A stretch of DNA of 32,000 bases. It comes from Sulfolobus acidocaldarius DSM 639 (GTDB taxonomy: Archaea > Thermoproteota > Thermoprotei_A > Sulfolobales > Sulfolobaceae). Shown here in pieces: positions 18,423 to 28,198 of this stretch; within the stretch, counting starts at the first letter, position 1; every line of letters begins with the position of its first letter. The notes under the pieces are model-generated. The model had not been told where the DNA came from. It did not search any database and worked only from the letters and a program-made list of their open reading frames with translations. The stretch lies in contig NC_007181.1 of assembly GCF_000012285.1 (NCBI RefSeq), positions 1,470,001-1,502,000 on the forward strand, in the 5' to 3' direction. Position numbers and translations under genes: made by a program.

Positions 18423-19223
18423 TTACGCAAAAGTTATTTTTATATAAACGTCTCCGTAGTAGCTTACTCTAGGTAAGATTATGGTTAGAACGAGAGAAAG
18501 GAAACCGTTAGGTTTTATTGTCAAGTTCTCTCCTACAGGTGGAGAGTAAGTGTAATTGAAAATATTTGGTTGAACGGTAAGGTTCATTAACTTAACGGTC
18601 TCGTTATAGTTTAGGTTGTGAATTGTAACATTTAGTACTATTTTATTACCACTGAACCCCATGAGGTTTGAGGAAACATTTGTGAAATAAACAGTTAAAC
18701 TGTTGTTCGAAGAAATGTGAATTACACTTATCCATGTGAAATAGGTTAGGTTAGTCCCCCTCAGGGAGATGTTAAGGAGAATTTTGCCATTCTCTTTATA
18801 GTAAATATTGTGGAGAGAAATATTGGAAGGAGTAAGGAATGAGACTATACCATTGGCACTAGTCTCGTTCTTTAGTGTTGTAGGCTGAAACGGGCTAGGA
18901 TCTCCAAATACTGGTTCACCTGGACTGCCCTCGTAAACGCCTCTGCTGGTGGTTAAGTAGAAGTCCTGTGGGACTATATTTACACTCCCGCTACCGTTAT
19001 AAGAAACTGTAATGTTGACTTCAACAAACATTTTGTCAGGTACATTTGAAGCCTTTTCAATGGCTTGATTTATGATCACATTGTTTACCTTTCCAGATAT
19101 GGTTCCTCCACTCTGAATAGTGGAGCTATGGGATGATGCACGGTTCATAAATAGCAGTAGGGACAACGCTATTATCACCACTATTATCAAAACGACAGTG
19201 AAAATAGCTGACCGTTTTCTCAT
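18423..19223 (-). CDS. N-terminally anchored extracellular protein, sequon-rich (DUF4352-like Ig-fold guess)
   Basis: Carries an N-terminal signal anchor (SAIFTVVLIIVVIIALSLLLF) and at least 12 N-x-S/T sequons. The segment FVEVNITVSYNGSGSVNIVPQDFYLTTSRGVYEG resembles DUF4352 domains. Function unknown. Confidence 0.5.
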   Translation of the reverse strand: MRKRSAIFTVVLIIVVIIALSLLLFMNRASSHSSTIQSGGTISGKVNNVIINQAIEKASNVPDKMFVEVNITVSYNGSGSVNIVPQDFYLTTSRGVYEGSPGEPVFGDPSPFQPTTLKNETSANGIVSFLTPSNISLHNIYYKENGKILLNISLRGTNLTYFTWISVIHISSNNSLTVYFTNVSSNLMGFSGNKIVLNVTIHNLNYNETVKLMNLTVQPNIFNYTYSPPVGENLTIKPNGFLSLVLTIILPRVSYYGDVYIKITFA

Positions 19224-19297
19224 TTAAATAAGATTATGAGAAACATGTCGTATAAAAATTTTTGAGATAGAAGAGAGGTGCTTTAACTCTTTGTAAT

Positions 19298-20629
19298 CTA
19301 TTTTGGCATTTCTACTTTTCCATAGACTCGAGAATAGGCTATAGTAGCTAGAGCTGATACTACGCATATTATCGTATAAGTAAGTGCATAGTATATCCAC
19401 AACTGAGATACAGGAAGTTTAGTGTAAAGCAAAATTATCGGGGGGACGAAAGTAGATACTATACCGCTAAGTAATCCTCCTATCTGATAAGCCAGACCAG
19501 TACCAGTATACCTGTATTTTGTAGGGAAGCTTTCAGCGAACCAAGACGCTAATCCTCCAAAGGGATAGAACACTGCTCCATAAAATATCGCTGAAGACAA
19601 GATAACAAAGTATGCCTCTTTGAGTGATATCATGTAAAAGTACAAGTAGACCAATACTGAACAAACTACAGCAACGATCACGTTCAACCTAGTCATCCTG
19701 ATGCTTTTGGTCATTACACCAAGTACTATTGATGCGAGACCGCCCACTACGTAACCTATACCTATTACCAGGTTCATAAAAGACTGCGAGCTCAAACCAA
19801 GTATAGTATTCACACCTATAGCTGAGGCAAATTGTATAGAGTAAGGAGTGGCAATTAGAACAGTGGTTACTGTCATATACCACCAAGCTATCGCTAGAAG
19901 GATTATACTAACCCAATATTTTTTCAAGGTTTCTAGGGCGGGCGACTTGGACAACTCTCCTTTAACTTTTAATTCAAGGAACAACGGACTTTCAGAGGTG
20001 TAATAGCGCATTAAAGCCCCTAACACGACTATAATAGCCCCTACTATGAATAATAACCTCCACCCCCATGACAGGAAAGAAGCCCTGTCTAGTAATGCTG
20101 AAACTATCGCAAATCCGAATGTTGATGCAGATATACCGAAGAGCACTGCACCTTGGAGAAAAGACGTCCAGTATGTAGGACTACTATTCGCTTTTTTAGC
20201 AAACTCAACCATCCACGATACTGCTCCTCCCCATTCCCCTCCAAAGCCTATCCCCTGAATAATTCTGAGTATTATTATCATGAAAGCTGATATTACACCA
20301 ATTTGTGCGTAAGTTGGTAAGACACCTAGTCCAAATGTTCCTATGAACATAAGTAAAAGGGTAATGATCAGTGTGGACTTTCTACCTAACTTATCTCCTA
20401 TTTGCCCGAATATTAGACCGCCTAGGGGTCTTACTATGAAGGCTATTCCCACTGTGGACAGAGATAATGCCAATCCTACAGTTGGGTTCTTAGTAGCAGG
20501 ATTGAAATACAGTGAAGGCCAAACTATTCCAGCAGCGGTTGCACTCAAAAGTAGATCATAGTATTCTAAAAATGTGCCTATTGATGCAGCTAAAGTAACT
20601 TTCCTTAGCTCACTTTTACTTATGCTCAT
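19298..20629 (-). CDS. MFS transporter
   Basis: Polytopic membrane protein with MFS motif A (GQIGDKLGRKSTL). Confidence 0.85.
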   Translation of the reverse strand: MSISKSELRKVTLAASIGTFLEYYDLLLSATAAGIVWPSLYFNPATKNPTVGLALSLSTVGIAFIVRPLGGLIFGQIGDKLGRKSTLIITLLLMFIGTFGLGVLPTYAQIGVISAFMIIILRIIQGIGFGGEWGGAVSWMVEFAKKANSSPTYWTSFLQGAVLFGISASTFGFAIVSALLDRASFLSWGWRLLFIVGAIIVVLGALMRYYTSESPLFLELKVKGELSKSPALETLKKYWVSIILLAIAWWYMTVTTVLIATPYSIQFASAIGVNTILGLSSQSFMNLVIGIGYVVGGLASIVLGVMTKSIRMTRLNVIVAVVCSVLVYLYFYMISLKEAYFVILSSAIFYGAVFYPFGGLASWFAESFPTKYRYTGTGLAYQIGGLLSGIVSTFVPPIILLYTKLPVSQLWIYYALTYTIICVVSALATIAYSRVYGKVEMPK

Positions 20630-20702
20630 TATTGTACATTTTCAATTTGTTAATTAAAAATTTGACGAACATAAGTTCGGAGACTCTTACTCAGGCATTT
20701 CC

Positions 20703-22091
20703 TTATTTTCTTTTCTCCATGTCCTCTAGTACTTTCTTACCAACAATCATTGCAGATATTGTAACCATGGGCACACCTATACCAGGTTGTGTATATTGCC
20801 CAACATGATACACATTTCTCCATCTCCTATTTCTCATGGGAGGTCTAAATGGACCGGTCTGGTCTAATGTATGTGAAATCCCAAAGGCTGTCCCTCTATA
20901 TGCATTGTAATCCACTAGGAAATCAAAAGGAGTATACACTCTCATGAATTTCACGTCAAATTTACTACCTGTTTTCTCCTTGAAATCCTGTATAGCTCTC
21001 TTCACATAAGCCTCGGGGTTTATTCCAAATAGCCCAGCTGAAATGGGTACAAGGAACACTAAACTGTCCCCCTTAATCCTCTTATCGGTTGCCCTGGTGT
21101 AGCTTACGTAATATGATAGGTTGTTTAAGTCTGGCTCAGCTCCCCTCATAATCGAGTTAAAGTGATACCTCCAGTCACCATTAATTATTATTACATGGTG
21201 AGGCGATTTTAACTCTCCTTCAACGCCTGCATAAACTAATATTGCTGATGGTGCCAACTTCCTCCTCATCCAATACACTTCATCATTACTTGACAGCAAC
21301 TTGTCTGCATAATGGTAGTCCATGTTAAATATGAAGTAGTCCCCATCCACTGCCCTTCCCTTACTCTCAACATACTTCAACATTCCATTTGATCCTTGAA
21401 CCTTATCCACTTCAAAATCAAACTTGAACTCCACTCCTGCTCTTTTACAGGCTTCAAACAGCTTCAGAACTAATCCCTTAAAGCCTCCTTCAGGATAGAA
21501 AACGCCCTTTCCGTATATGGCGTAATTGACCATGGCGTATATCGCAGGTGTGTTAAAAGGAGATCCCCCTAAGAATACTGCCGAGAATCCTAGTGCCTTT
21601 TGAAGGAACTCGTCATTAGGGAAATACCTTCTGTTAAAGTTGTCAAGGGTGTTGAATATGGGAAACCTATTCATGTTGTTTATTATTGTAGAGTCAAGTA
21701 GGTCTGAGATCTTTAGTTCTTTGTAGAGAAATTTTTCCATCGCTAAACTGTACATGAATTCAGTGTCTGTTAGGTAACTGGCTAACCTATCATCATATTT
21801 ATAAAATGACTCTGACCTCCTATCCCTCTCTGATATCAAAGAGAATAAAGGACTTACTTCCTTAATTGTGGGTGGTTCCTCTCCAACTTCTCTGTAGAAC
21901 TTTTCAAAAACTTCAGGCATAAGATACCATGATGGTCCCATATCAAACTCGTAGTCCCCTTCACTAAACCACCTGGCTCTTCCTCCAGGGAGTGAATTCT
22001 TCTCTAGGACTGTAACATTTATCCCTTTTTTAGCTAGATAAAGAGCAGTCGATAGTCCGCCTATTCCCGCACCAACTATAACTGCTTTTAT
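20703..22091 (-). CDS. crtI: phytoene desaturase (CrtI-type); 5' end extended to a non-canonical ATA codon to include the FAD-binding fold
   Basis: The track ORF (from ATG 21941) lacks the Rossmann motif. The same frame is open upstream and encodes (I)[38 protein letters not shown]. The C-terminus [13 protein letters not shown] is CrtI-typical. The true initiation codon is unresolved (see findings). Confidence 0.8.
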   Translation of the reverse strand: MKAVIVGAGIGGLSTALYLAKKGINVTVLEKNSLPGGRARWFSEGDYEFDMGPSWYLMPEVFEKFYREVGEEPPTIKEVSPLFSLISERDRRSESFYKYDDRLASYLTDTEFMYSLAMEKFLYKELKISDLLDSTIINNMNRFPIFNTLDNFNRRYFPNDEFLQKALGFSAVFLGGSPFNTPAIYAMVNYAIYGKGVFYPEGGFKGLVLKLFEACKRAGVEFKFDFEVDKVQGSNGMLKYVESKGRAVDGDYFIFNMDYHYADKLLSSNDEVYWMRRKLAPSAILVYAGVEGELKSPHHVIIINGDWRYHFNSIMRGAEPDLNNLSYYVSYTRATDKRIKGDSLVFLVPISAGLFGINPEAYVKRAIQDFKEKTGSKFDVKFMRVYTPFDFLVDYNAYRGTAFGISHTLDQTGPFRPPMRNRRWRNVYHVGQYTQPGIGVPMVTISAMIVGKKVLEDMEKRK

Positions 22092-22552
22092 ACTCGATCC
22101 ACTCCTTCAGGTATTTCGTCTAGTCCTCTTATTATTAACAAGAATCCCCAGTTACCCCTACCTTTGTTATGGTGAACGTCATGGACCATAACTAACTCCC
22201 TGAAATATTTGTGTTTCATTGCCCAGGATCTAAGGTGTAGGTGTCTGTCGTGTATGATCATGTCATGTACAAAGAAGTAGGATATTCCATAACAGGTCAT
22301 TCCTATGCCTAAGCCTAGGGATATAGGGTTAAGGTTGAATATACCATTGAATATAAGGTAAGCAGCTAGTGTAGCAAAAAGTGCCCCAAATAAGTCATTT
22401 CGTTCAAAGGTGCCGTGTTGGTCCCTGTGGTGATCCTTATGAATGAACCACATAAACCCGTGCATTACATATTTGTGTACAAATCTCGCTATGAATTCCA
22501 TAGAAAAGAACATAACTACCGCCGTGGGAAGAATTATCAACAAATCATTCAT
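22088..22552 (-). CDS. crtZ: beta-carotene hydroxylase (CrtZ, fatty-acid hydroxylase superfamily)
   Basis: A 154-aa membrane protein with the histidine boxes HKDHH, HDMIIHD and HDVHH. Confidence 0.88.
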   Translation of the reverse strand: MNDLLIILPTAVVMFFSMEFIARFVHKYVMHGFMWFIHKDHHRDQHGTFERNDLFGALFATLAAYLIFNGIFNLNPISLGLGIGMTCYGISYFFVHDMIIHDRHLHLRSWAMKHKYFRELVMVHDVHHNKGRGNWGFLLIIRGLDEIPEGVDRV

Positions 22553-22673
22553 AGTCTGATGATCTCGCTGTCTAGTTATAAAACCATGTAAGCAAAATTA
22601 GTATATCTCCAAATAAATCCTAATAAGGAATAATATAACATATTTTTATTTAAATACCTGTGTAAGCCATACT
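22553..22673. promoter_or_regulatory. divergent promoter region of the carotenoid locus (crtZ-crtI leftward, crtB-crtY-GT rightward)
   Basis: TTTTATAA (minus sense, 22576..22583) lies about 27 nt from crtZ ATG 22552. TTTTTATTTAAATA (22643..22656) lies about 24 nt from crtB GTG 22674. Both starts are predicted to be leaderless. Confidence 0.6.
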
Positions 22674-23501
22674 GTGGTCAACTTAACACTGATATTCAAA
22701 AGAGCGAGCGTCACATATTACAACAGCTCAGTGTTCTTCCCCCCTCAGGTTAGGAGGGATGTCACTAAGCTTTACGCTTTTGTGAGAGTTTTTGATGACC
22801 TAGTGGACTCAATTCCTCAAAAGGCTAAAGAGTTTTATGAGCTGAGAAGTAAGTACTACGAACAGCTAGACGGTAAGGATTCAAACGACCTTGTATTGAA
22901 GAACTTTGTAGACCTAATGAGGAGAAAGAACTTTGACAAGGAATGGGTGGATGCCTTCCTTGATGCTATGGAGAGCGATTTGAAGAAGAGTGTTTACTAC
23001 ACTATTGATGAGCTACTTGAGTACATATATGGTTCAGCAGAGGTAGTTGGAGTAATGATGGCTAAGATATTGGACTTACCTGAGGAGTCTTACTACTACG
23101 CTAGAATGTTAGGGAGGGCAATGCAGTATATAAATTTCATTAGAGATGTTGAAGAGGACATGGCATTGGGTAGACAATATTTACCTTTCCAGGAGATGAT
23201 GGAGTTTAAGACGTCCTTGCTTGATAGCTCTCCAAGATTTAATGAGTTCATAAGGTTCCAGATAAGCAGATATTTTGAATACCAGAAGACAGCTGAGAAA
23301 GGGTATAGTTACATACCATTCAGGTACCTAATTGCCATAAAGACTGCTGCAGATATGTACAAGTGGACAGCAAAGAAGATATGGAATAATCCACAGATAA
23401 TCAAGCAGAGGAAGATAAAGCCAAAGAAGAGAAGAGTAATTGCCCAGGGTATATACAACGCTTTAGGGGTGTACTTCTTACGCAACTTCCTATCTTTCTG
23501 A
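22674..23501 (+). CDS. crtB: phytoene synthase
   Basis: Squalene/phytoene synthase family with Asp-rich motifs (FDDLVD and [15 protein letters not shown]). GTG start. Confidence 0.9.
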   Translation: MVNLTLIFKRASVTYYNSSVFFPPQVRRDVTKLYAFVRVFDDLVDSIPQKAKEFYELRSKYYEQLDGKDSNDLVLKNFVDLMRRKNFDKEWVDAFLDAMESDLKKSVYYTIDELLEYIYGSAEVVGVMMAKILDLPEESYYYARMLGRAMQYINFIRDVEEDMALGRQYLPFQEMMEFKTSLLDSSPRFNEFIRFQISRYFEYQKTAEKGYSYIPFRYLIAIKTAADMYKWTAKKIWNNPQIIKQRKIKPKKRRVIAQGIYNALGVYFLRNFLSF

Positions 23502-23515
23502 AGGGATATGCTTAT

Positions 23516-24178
23516 GTGGAAATAGACTTAATGATGTTCATTCCCACTCTTATACTTTCACTTATTTTGAAGGGAAGAAATTATCTAGCCTTACTAAGTT
23601 CTATAGCCATTGTTAGCCCTCTGTTCTTGTATTGGGACTTCTTTGCTACAGCTTTTGGTTCATGGTCATTTAACAGGACTTGGATTCTGGGTTTTTACGT
23701 AATTAATCTACCTATAGAGGAGGTAATGTTCTTTGTCGTAACGCCCTTTGCTACTCTTCTTATTTACGATATACTTAAGAGGAGTAAGGGTTCCGAAATA
23801 AGGTTCATAAACAGACGCCTAGTATTTATCATCTCAGCACTTCTAGTTGTTGTTGACTTGGCTCTATTTCTCCACTATTCCTACACGTTCATTGTTATAC
23901 TCTACTTGTCCATGTCACTAATAATATCGGCAATTTTAGATGAAGGTATGTTGAGGTCAACAGTATTTTGGAAGTTCATGAGTCTCACATATGTTCCCTT
24001 CTTAGTTTTCGATTACTTTTTGACGTCAATTCCTGTGGTGCTGTATGGAGCTTCTAACTCAATACTCGGAGTTAGGGTACTTACAATACCGATTGAGGAC
24101 TTCATATATTCCTTTTCCATGATCATGCTTTACACTCTGTTCTATAGGTTAAGTGATAAAAATTGGATAAAGAGCTAG
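23516..24178 (+). CDS. crtY: lycopene beta-cyclase (fused CrtYc/Yd-type lycopene cyclase domain protein)
   Basis: A 220-aa polytopic protein with two copies of the PxE(E/D) cyclase motif (LPIEEVMFF and IPIEDFIYS). This is the same type as the characterised Sulfolobus solfataricus cyclase. The start is GTG 23516 or ATG 23531. Confidence 0.85.
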   Translation: MEIDLMMFIPTLILSLILKGRNYLALLSSIAIVSPLFLYWDFFATAFGSWSFNRTWILGFYVINLPIEEVMFFVVTPFATLLIYDILKRSKGSEIRFINRRLVFIISALLVVVDLALFLHYSYTFIVILYLSMSLIISAILDEGMLRSTVFWKFMSLTYVPFLVFDYFLTSIPVVLYGASNSILGVRVLTIPIEDFIYSFSMIMLYTLFYRLSDKNWIKS

Positions 24179-25041
24179 AATACTATTTTCAAAATAAACC
24201 TGAGAGAGTGTACGAAATAGGTGATAGAGAGAGGATACTGAAGTGGATGGCGAGCAGACCCAGGGCTAAAACAGAGATTAAGGTGATTGGAGGTAAAGAC
24301 AGTGAGGTGGTTGTTGTTATACCAACTGCTAACTTTGAAAGAGTTAGCAGGGAATTACGTAAAATTTACAGTGACCTTACTTTAGTTTTTGTACTTAGTT
24401 CAGGACCTTATTTTAATTATGCGACAAGTGTAAACCACGGAATTCAGTTTGCGTTAAAGGAGTTTCACCCTAAGTGGATCGTGGTATCAAATGATGACGT
24501 TCTTGAGGCTGAAAATCCCTCTAAACTTGTCGAGGAGTTAAGCACTACTGATAGGAGTCTGGTATTTGCGAAGCCCTCTAGTTATCACACGTATAAGGTA
24601 TCGATAATCAAGTTTAATCGATCTTATTTGAAGGTCATGAAGAACATTGGTAAAATCTTCCGTATACCTCCTGCAGAGGTTTACGGTAGCTTAACGCTAA
24701 AATATGGAGAGAAGCTAAGGATTAGTAAGCTCACTGTAATAGACTCCATGCTTAAAGCCAAGAAATTTGCAGGGGAGGTTGTCAAAGAAGTGGTAAATGG
24801 TGGGAGCTTTATGGTTATAAACAGGAGAATTGTTAGTGACAAGGTTTTTGACGAGACGTTCATAAATGGTTATGAGGACGTGTTCCTTTCACTAAAACAC
24901 GAGAAAGACACCGAGATAATTGATTACCAACTTAGGGAAAAGAGGGGTATGAGCTTAGGCTTTGATAAAATTAGGTTTGTAAGGCTTTACGTTAATGAGG
25001 TATATTTTAATTATTTGATGGAAAAAAGTGAGAAAATGTGA
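24163..25041 (+). CDS. family 2 (GT-A fold) glycosyltransferase, candidate carotenoid (zeaxanthin) glycosyltransferase
   Basis: GT2 pattern: VVVVIPTAN, N.G...A......W.VVSNDDV (DxD-like) and FDETFINGYEDVFLSL. TTG 24163 overlaps the crtY 3' end by 16 nt; the alternative start is ATG 24247. The substrate is inferred from context only. Confidence 0.7.
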   Translation: MDKELEYYFQNKPERVYEIGDRERILKWMASRPRAKTEIKVIGGKDSEVVVVIPTANFERVSRELRKIYSDLTLVFVLSSGPYFNYATSVNHGIQFALKEFHPKWIVVSNDDVLEAENPSKLVEELSTTDRSLVFAKPSSYHTYKVSIIKFNRSYLKVMKNIGKIFRIPPAEVYGSLTLKYGEKLRISKLTVIDSMLKAKKFAGEVVKEVVNGGSFMVINRRIVSDKVFDETFINGYEDVFLSLKHEKDTEIIDYQLREKRGMSLGFDKIRFVRLYVNEVYFNYLMEKSEKM

Positions 25042-25047
25042 AAACTT

Positions 25048-26616
25048 TTATTTTCTCCTTCTAGTCAGCAGGACTACTGCAATTATTACAATTATAGCAA
25101 CTATTATACCAATTATTATGTACATCGTACTACCTGAGGTTAATGGAGATGGGGAGTAACCATACACTACGTAGTAAGTGTTAGCAGGGTCCACTAACAC
25201 TACAACTTTTCCATTATCGACGAAGTAATCATTTGAATTCACTTGTGTTAGTGAGTTCCCGTTCTTAGCAAACACAGCAACTGTCTCATTTTTAAGTAAT
25301 GAAACGTTAAATACCACATATCCTGTTGCATTTATTGAGACTACTTGGCTCTCATAGGACTTTCCGTTTATGGTTACATTCTGGACATTCACAGACTGAG
25401 GTACAACCAACCTTACATAGGCTGACGAGCTATTGGGGAATACAAGTACATACTGTCCATTTCCATTGACGTCTAGGTCAACTAACACTCTACCGTTTTC
25501 AACATTTCTTGATAGGTCTACATTAGCAGTGCTCATCACACCGTTATTTGTGACCACAACTATGACAGGGTTTCCACTTACCATAACCTTAGTTACTACT
25601 TTTGGACTACCGTACTGTGCCTGTGGGTTAACGATAACTTTTACAGATCCACTGACACCATCTATACCGCCTGATAGTATACTAAGACTAGAGCTTGCCA
25701 CAGTTGAAACATACGATGTTGAGACGTAACCTGCCAATGTACCGTTAACACCCAAGAACTCTATTCCAGTAAAGTATCCCTGGGCTTGGAAGCTTATTGA
25801 GGGTGTTGAGAATTGTCCTTGAGTTGATGTAGTCCACACCATGGCTGGAACATATGAACCCTGGAAGTAGGCTAAGGTTGCGTTATAGTTAGCCTCTCCA
25901 TTCAATCCGTTATAGTGGAACTCAACCTGTGAGTATCTCTTAGGGTGAGAGCTTTCAATAGTAGTTGTAAAGGAAAATGAACCTGAAAGGTTTAAGGTGA
26001 CTTTCTGTAGCTGTAGGGAAACTGTCTGTGAGTAGGAGTTTTGCTGTCTATTTATGTCGAACGTAACGTTAGAGAAGCCTGTTCCATTTAAGAACTCTAA
26101 TATCAGTTTTGCTGAAGAGTTAAAGTAAGCCAGACCAGTTATGCTAGCAGTTCCGTTTGTGAAACCAGCCCACACGAGTTCCTCATCTAGGTTTGGTTCC
26201 TCTAGTATTACTCTGGCAAGTTGAGGGATCTCTGAGTTCACTGTTATGTTAAAGTTGGACACTGATACAGTTATGGTTCCAGAGAAAGTCTGTAAACTTC
26301 CAACATTTACGTCATATGTATAACTATCGTAACTGATAGTCTTGGTTGTGGAATTATCTGCCGTCATATTATATGTAACCTCAGAGTATGTGTATTTTGT
26401 GCCAGCAGGTGATGTTCTTAGCATAGATGAGTAGTCTTGGTACATTACTTTGAAAGTGTTATTTTGGCTAGTTGATGCACTTATGGGATGCTGTAATGTC
26501 AGTAGAGGTATAGATAGAATAGGTACTAATAAAAATACAGTCATTAATACTCTGAGTATAGATGTGTTATATGGCATAATTAACGCTAAGTGAAAGAGAG
26601 TTAAAAAATCATTCAT
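25048..26616 (-). CDS. large surface glycoprotein of unknown function (N-terminal signal, C-terminal TM anchor)
   Basis: Has a signal-like LRVLMTVFLLVPILSIPLLTL, at least 15 N-x-S/T sequons, a Ser/Thr/Pro linker, and a C-terminal YIIIGIIVAIIVIIAVVLLTRRRK anchor. The start codon is uncertain (M1, M14 or M25). Confidence 0.6.
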   Translation of the reverse strand: MNDFLTLFHLALIMPYNTSILRVLMTVFLLVPILSIPLLTLQHPISASTSQNNTFKVMYQDYSSMLRTSPAGTKYTYSEVTYNMTADNSTTKTISYDSYTYDVNVGSLQTFSGTITVSVSNFNITVNSEIPQLARVILEEPNLDEELVWAGFTNGTASITGLAYFNSSAKLILEFLNGTGFSNVTFDINRQQNSYSQTVSLQLQKVTLNLSGSFSFTTTIESSHPKRYSQVEFHYNGLNGEANYNATLAYFQGSYVPAMVWTTSTQGQFSTPSISFQAQGYFTGIEFLGVNGTLAGYVSTSYVSTVASSSLSILSGGIDGVSGSVKVIVNPQAQYGSPKVVTKVMVSGNPVIVVVTNNGVMSTANVDLSRNVENGRVLVDLDVNGNGQYVLVFPNSSSAYVRLVVPQSVNVQNVTINGKSYESQVVSINATGYVVFNVSLLKNETVAVFAKNGNSLTQVNSNDYFVDNGKVVVLVDPANTYYVVYGYSPSPLTSGSTMYIIIGIIVAIIVIIAVVLLTRRRK

Positions 26617-26791
26617 ACTATTCCTTAAATGTAGAAGATAAGACTTAATTTATAATAAGTTAAAATGTAAGAAACACTAATTTTCATCTTTTTTCATTCT
26701 AGTGATAGATATATCTAATACCACACAAAGATTACGTTAAAGGTAACCTTTTAGATAACTGAGGAGAGATAAAACGGTAAAACTAACTTCC

Positions 26792-28198
26792 TTACAGGAG
26801 GGTTATGGACACCAACTTGTTCTCAGTCATTTCCAGCATTGTATCTCTAACACCTTCTCTTCCTATCCCGGTCTTCTTAAACCCACCAAATGGTAGTGAA
26901 TCCCACCTCAGTCTTGTACTATCGTTAATGATTACAGCTCCGAACTTAAGAGCCTTGCTTATCCTGAGAGCCCTGTTTACATCCTTAGTGAACACAGCTG
27001 ATTGCAATCCATAATCCGTGGAGTTAGCCACTTGAATGGCTTCCTCATCACTTTTCACTGGTATTATAGGTGCAACAGGTCCAAATACCTCTGTTTTAGT
27101 AACTAACATGTCTAAGCTGGGCTTTAGAACTGCAGTAAGGGGAAAGAAATGTCCATTATCAGGTCCTTTATTTAGTATCTCAACTTTTCCTCCCTTAGAT
27201 TTGGCGTCATCTATTACAGAGTTGAGGTTTTCCACACTCTCTCTATTTATTACAGGTCCTACATCAGTGTTCTCGTCTAGTGGGTCACCTACTCTCAATT
27301 CCTTAACCTTTTTCTCAAAAGATGACACAAATCTCTCATATATTTCTTCTCTCACTATTATCCTCTTTCCAGCATTACAATTCTGTCCAGCGTATTCGTA
27401 TCTGGCTCTAACTGATATGGACGATGATCTTTCGATATCTGCGTCCTCTAATACAATTATTGGGTCAGATCCTCCCAACTCCATAATTATCCTCTTACCT
27501 AGTGAAACAGCCTTTGACGCAATCATTAAACCAGTCTGTGTAGAGCCAGTTAATGTAACTAAGCTTATTGAGGGGTGAGTATAGAGCTCATCGCCTATCT
27601 CCTTACTATACCCAGTAACTACTCTGATAGCTTTCTCTGTTAAACCTGCTTCAACAAGGATCTTAGCCATCTCCAGAGCAGATAATGGAGTGTTAATACT
27701 AGGTTTTACTACTACAGAGTTACCTACAGCTATTGCAGGAGCCACCTTATGGGCGAACGAGTTAACGGGAAAGTTAAAGGGTAGTATTGCACTAACCACT
27801 CCTAAAGGTTCCCTTTGGCTCACTACAATTCTATTTTCATTTCCAGGAGGATACTCATACCCATCTACCCTGTAGTTTTTACCCTCCAATACAAAAACTG
27901 CCTCCTCCCCTGCCTGTCGGAATAGTCTTGAAGCTCTAGTTACCTCAACTCTGGCATCCTTTATTGGTTTTCCAGCCTCAAGGGCTAGTAACCTAGCTAA
28001 TCTCTCTTTTTCCCTCTCAATGATATCTGAAGCTCTCTTTAGAATTGCCGTCCTCTTATATAGGGGAAGTGAAGATATATCCTCGAAACCCTTATCTGCC
28101 TCTTCAATTTGTGCCCTTACATCATCTCTACTCATCCTTTTCACTTTACCTATGACTTTTAAATTGGAGGGAGATACGACCTCTATAGTTTCCGACAT
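26792..28198 (-). CDS. NAD(P)+-dependent aldehyde dehydrogenase
   Basis: ALDH superfamily, with the catalytic Glu region MELGGSDP and the Cys region AGQNCNAGKR, in 468 aa. Substrate not assignable from sequence alone. Confidence 0.9.
   Translation of the reverse strand: MSETIEVVSPSNLKVIGKVKRMSRDDVRAQIEEADKGFEDISSLPLYKRTAILKRASDIIEREKERLARLLALEAGKPIKDARVEVTRASRLFRQAGEEAVFVLEGKNYRVDGYEYPPGNENRIVVSQREPLGVVSAILPFNFPVNSFAHKVAPAIAVGNSVVVKPSINTPLSALEMAKILVEAGLTEKAIRVVTGYSKEIGDELYTHPSISLVTLTGSTQTGLMIASKAVSLGKRIIMELGGSDPIIVLEDADIERSSSISVRARYEYAGQNCNAGKRIIVREEIYERFVSSFEKKVKELRVGDPLDENTDVGPVINRESVENLNSVIDDAKSKGGKVEILNKGPDNGHFFPLTAVLKPSLDMLVTKTEVFGPVAPIIPVKSDEEAIQVANSTDYGLQSAVFTKDVNRALRISKALKFGAVIINDSTRLRWDSLPFGGFKKTGIGREGVRDTMLEMTENKLVSITLL

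Noticed and set aside
22556-22563. CUGAUGA (C-box-like) in the crtZ/crtB intergenic region.
   Set aside because: There is no CUGA D or D' box at an appropriate distance downstream, and no second box pair. The region is better explained as two back-to-back promoters.
24491-24552. C/D-box sRNA-like arrangement on the + strand inside the GT2 gene: AUGAUGA (24491..24497), 11 nt, CUGA (24509..24512), then a degenerate C'-like UCGAGGA (24531..24537), 11 nt, CUGA (24549..24552). Total length is about 62 nt.
   Set aside because: It lies inside a well-supported CDS, and the C' box matches only 4 of 6 core positions. The D'-C' spacer (about 18 nt) is much longer than usual, the guide spacers are 11 nt rather than 12, and there is no terminal stem flanking the C and D boxes. 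With several TGATGA heptamers per window, one chance CUGA at the right distance is expected. RNA-seq or Northern evidence would be needed to revive it.
27036-27578. 180-aa + strand ORF, and similar antisense ORFs in the track (for example 373..585, 2379..2579, 4018..4227, 5349..5561, 10523..10774, 12132..12361, 17149..17454, 20046..20561, 25433..25729, 26805..27014, 27690..28211, 28338..28989, 29973..30329, 31527..31905).
   Set aside because: All lie entirely within, and antisense or out of frame to, strongly supported genes with recognisable family motifs. Their products are low-complexity Ser/Leu/Pro-rich shadow translations with no motifs.
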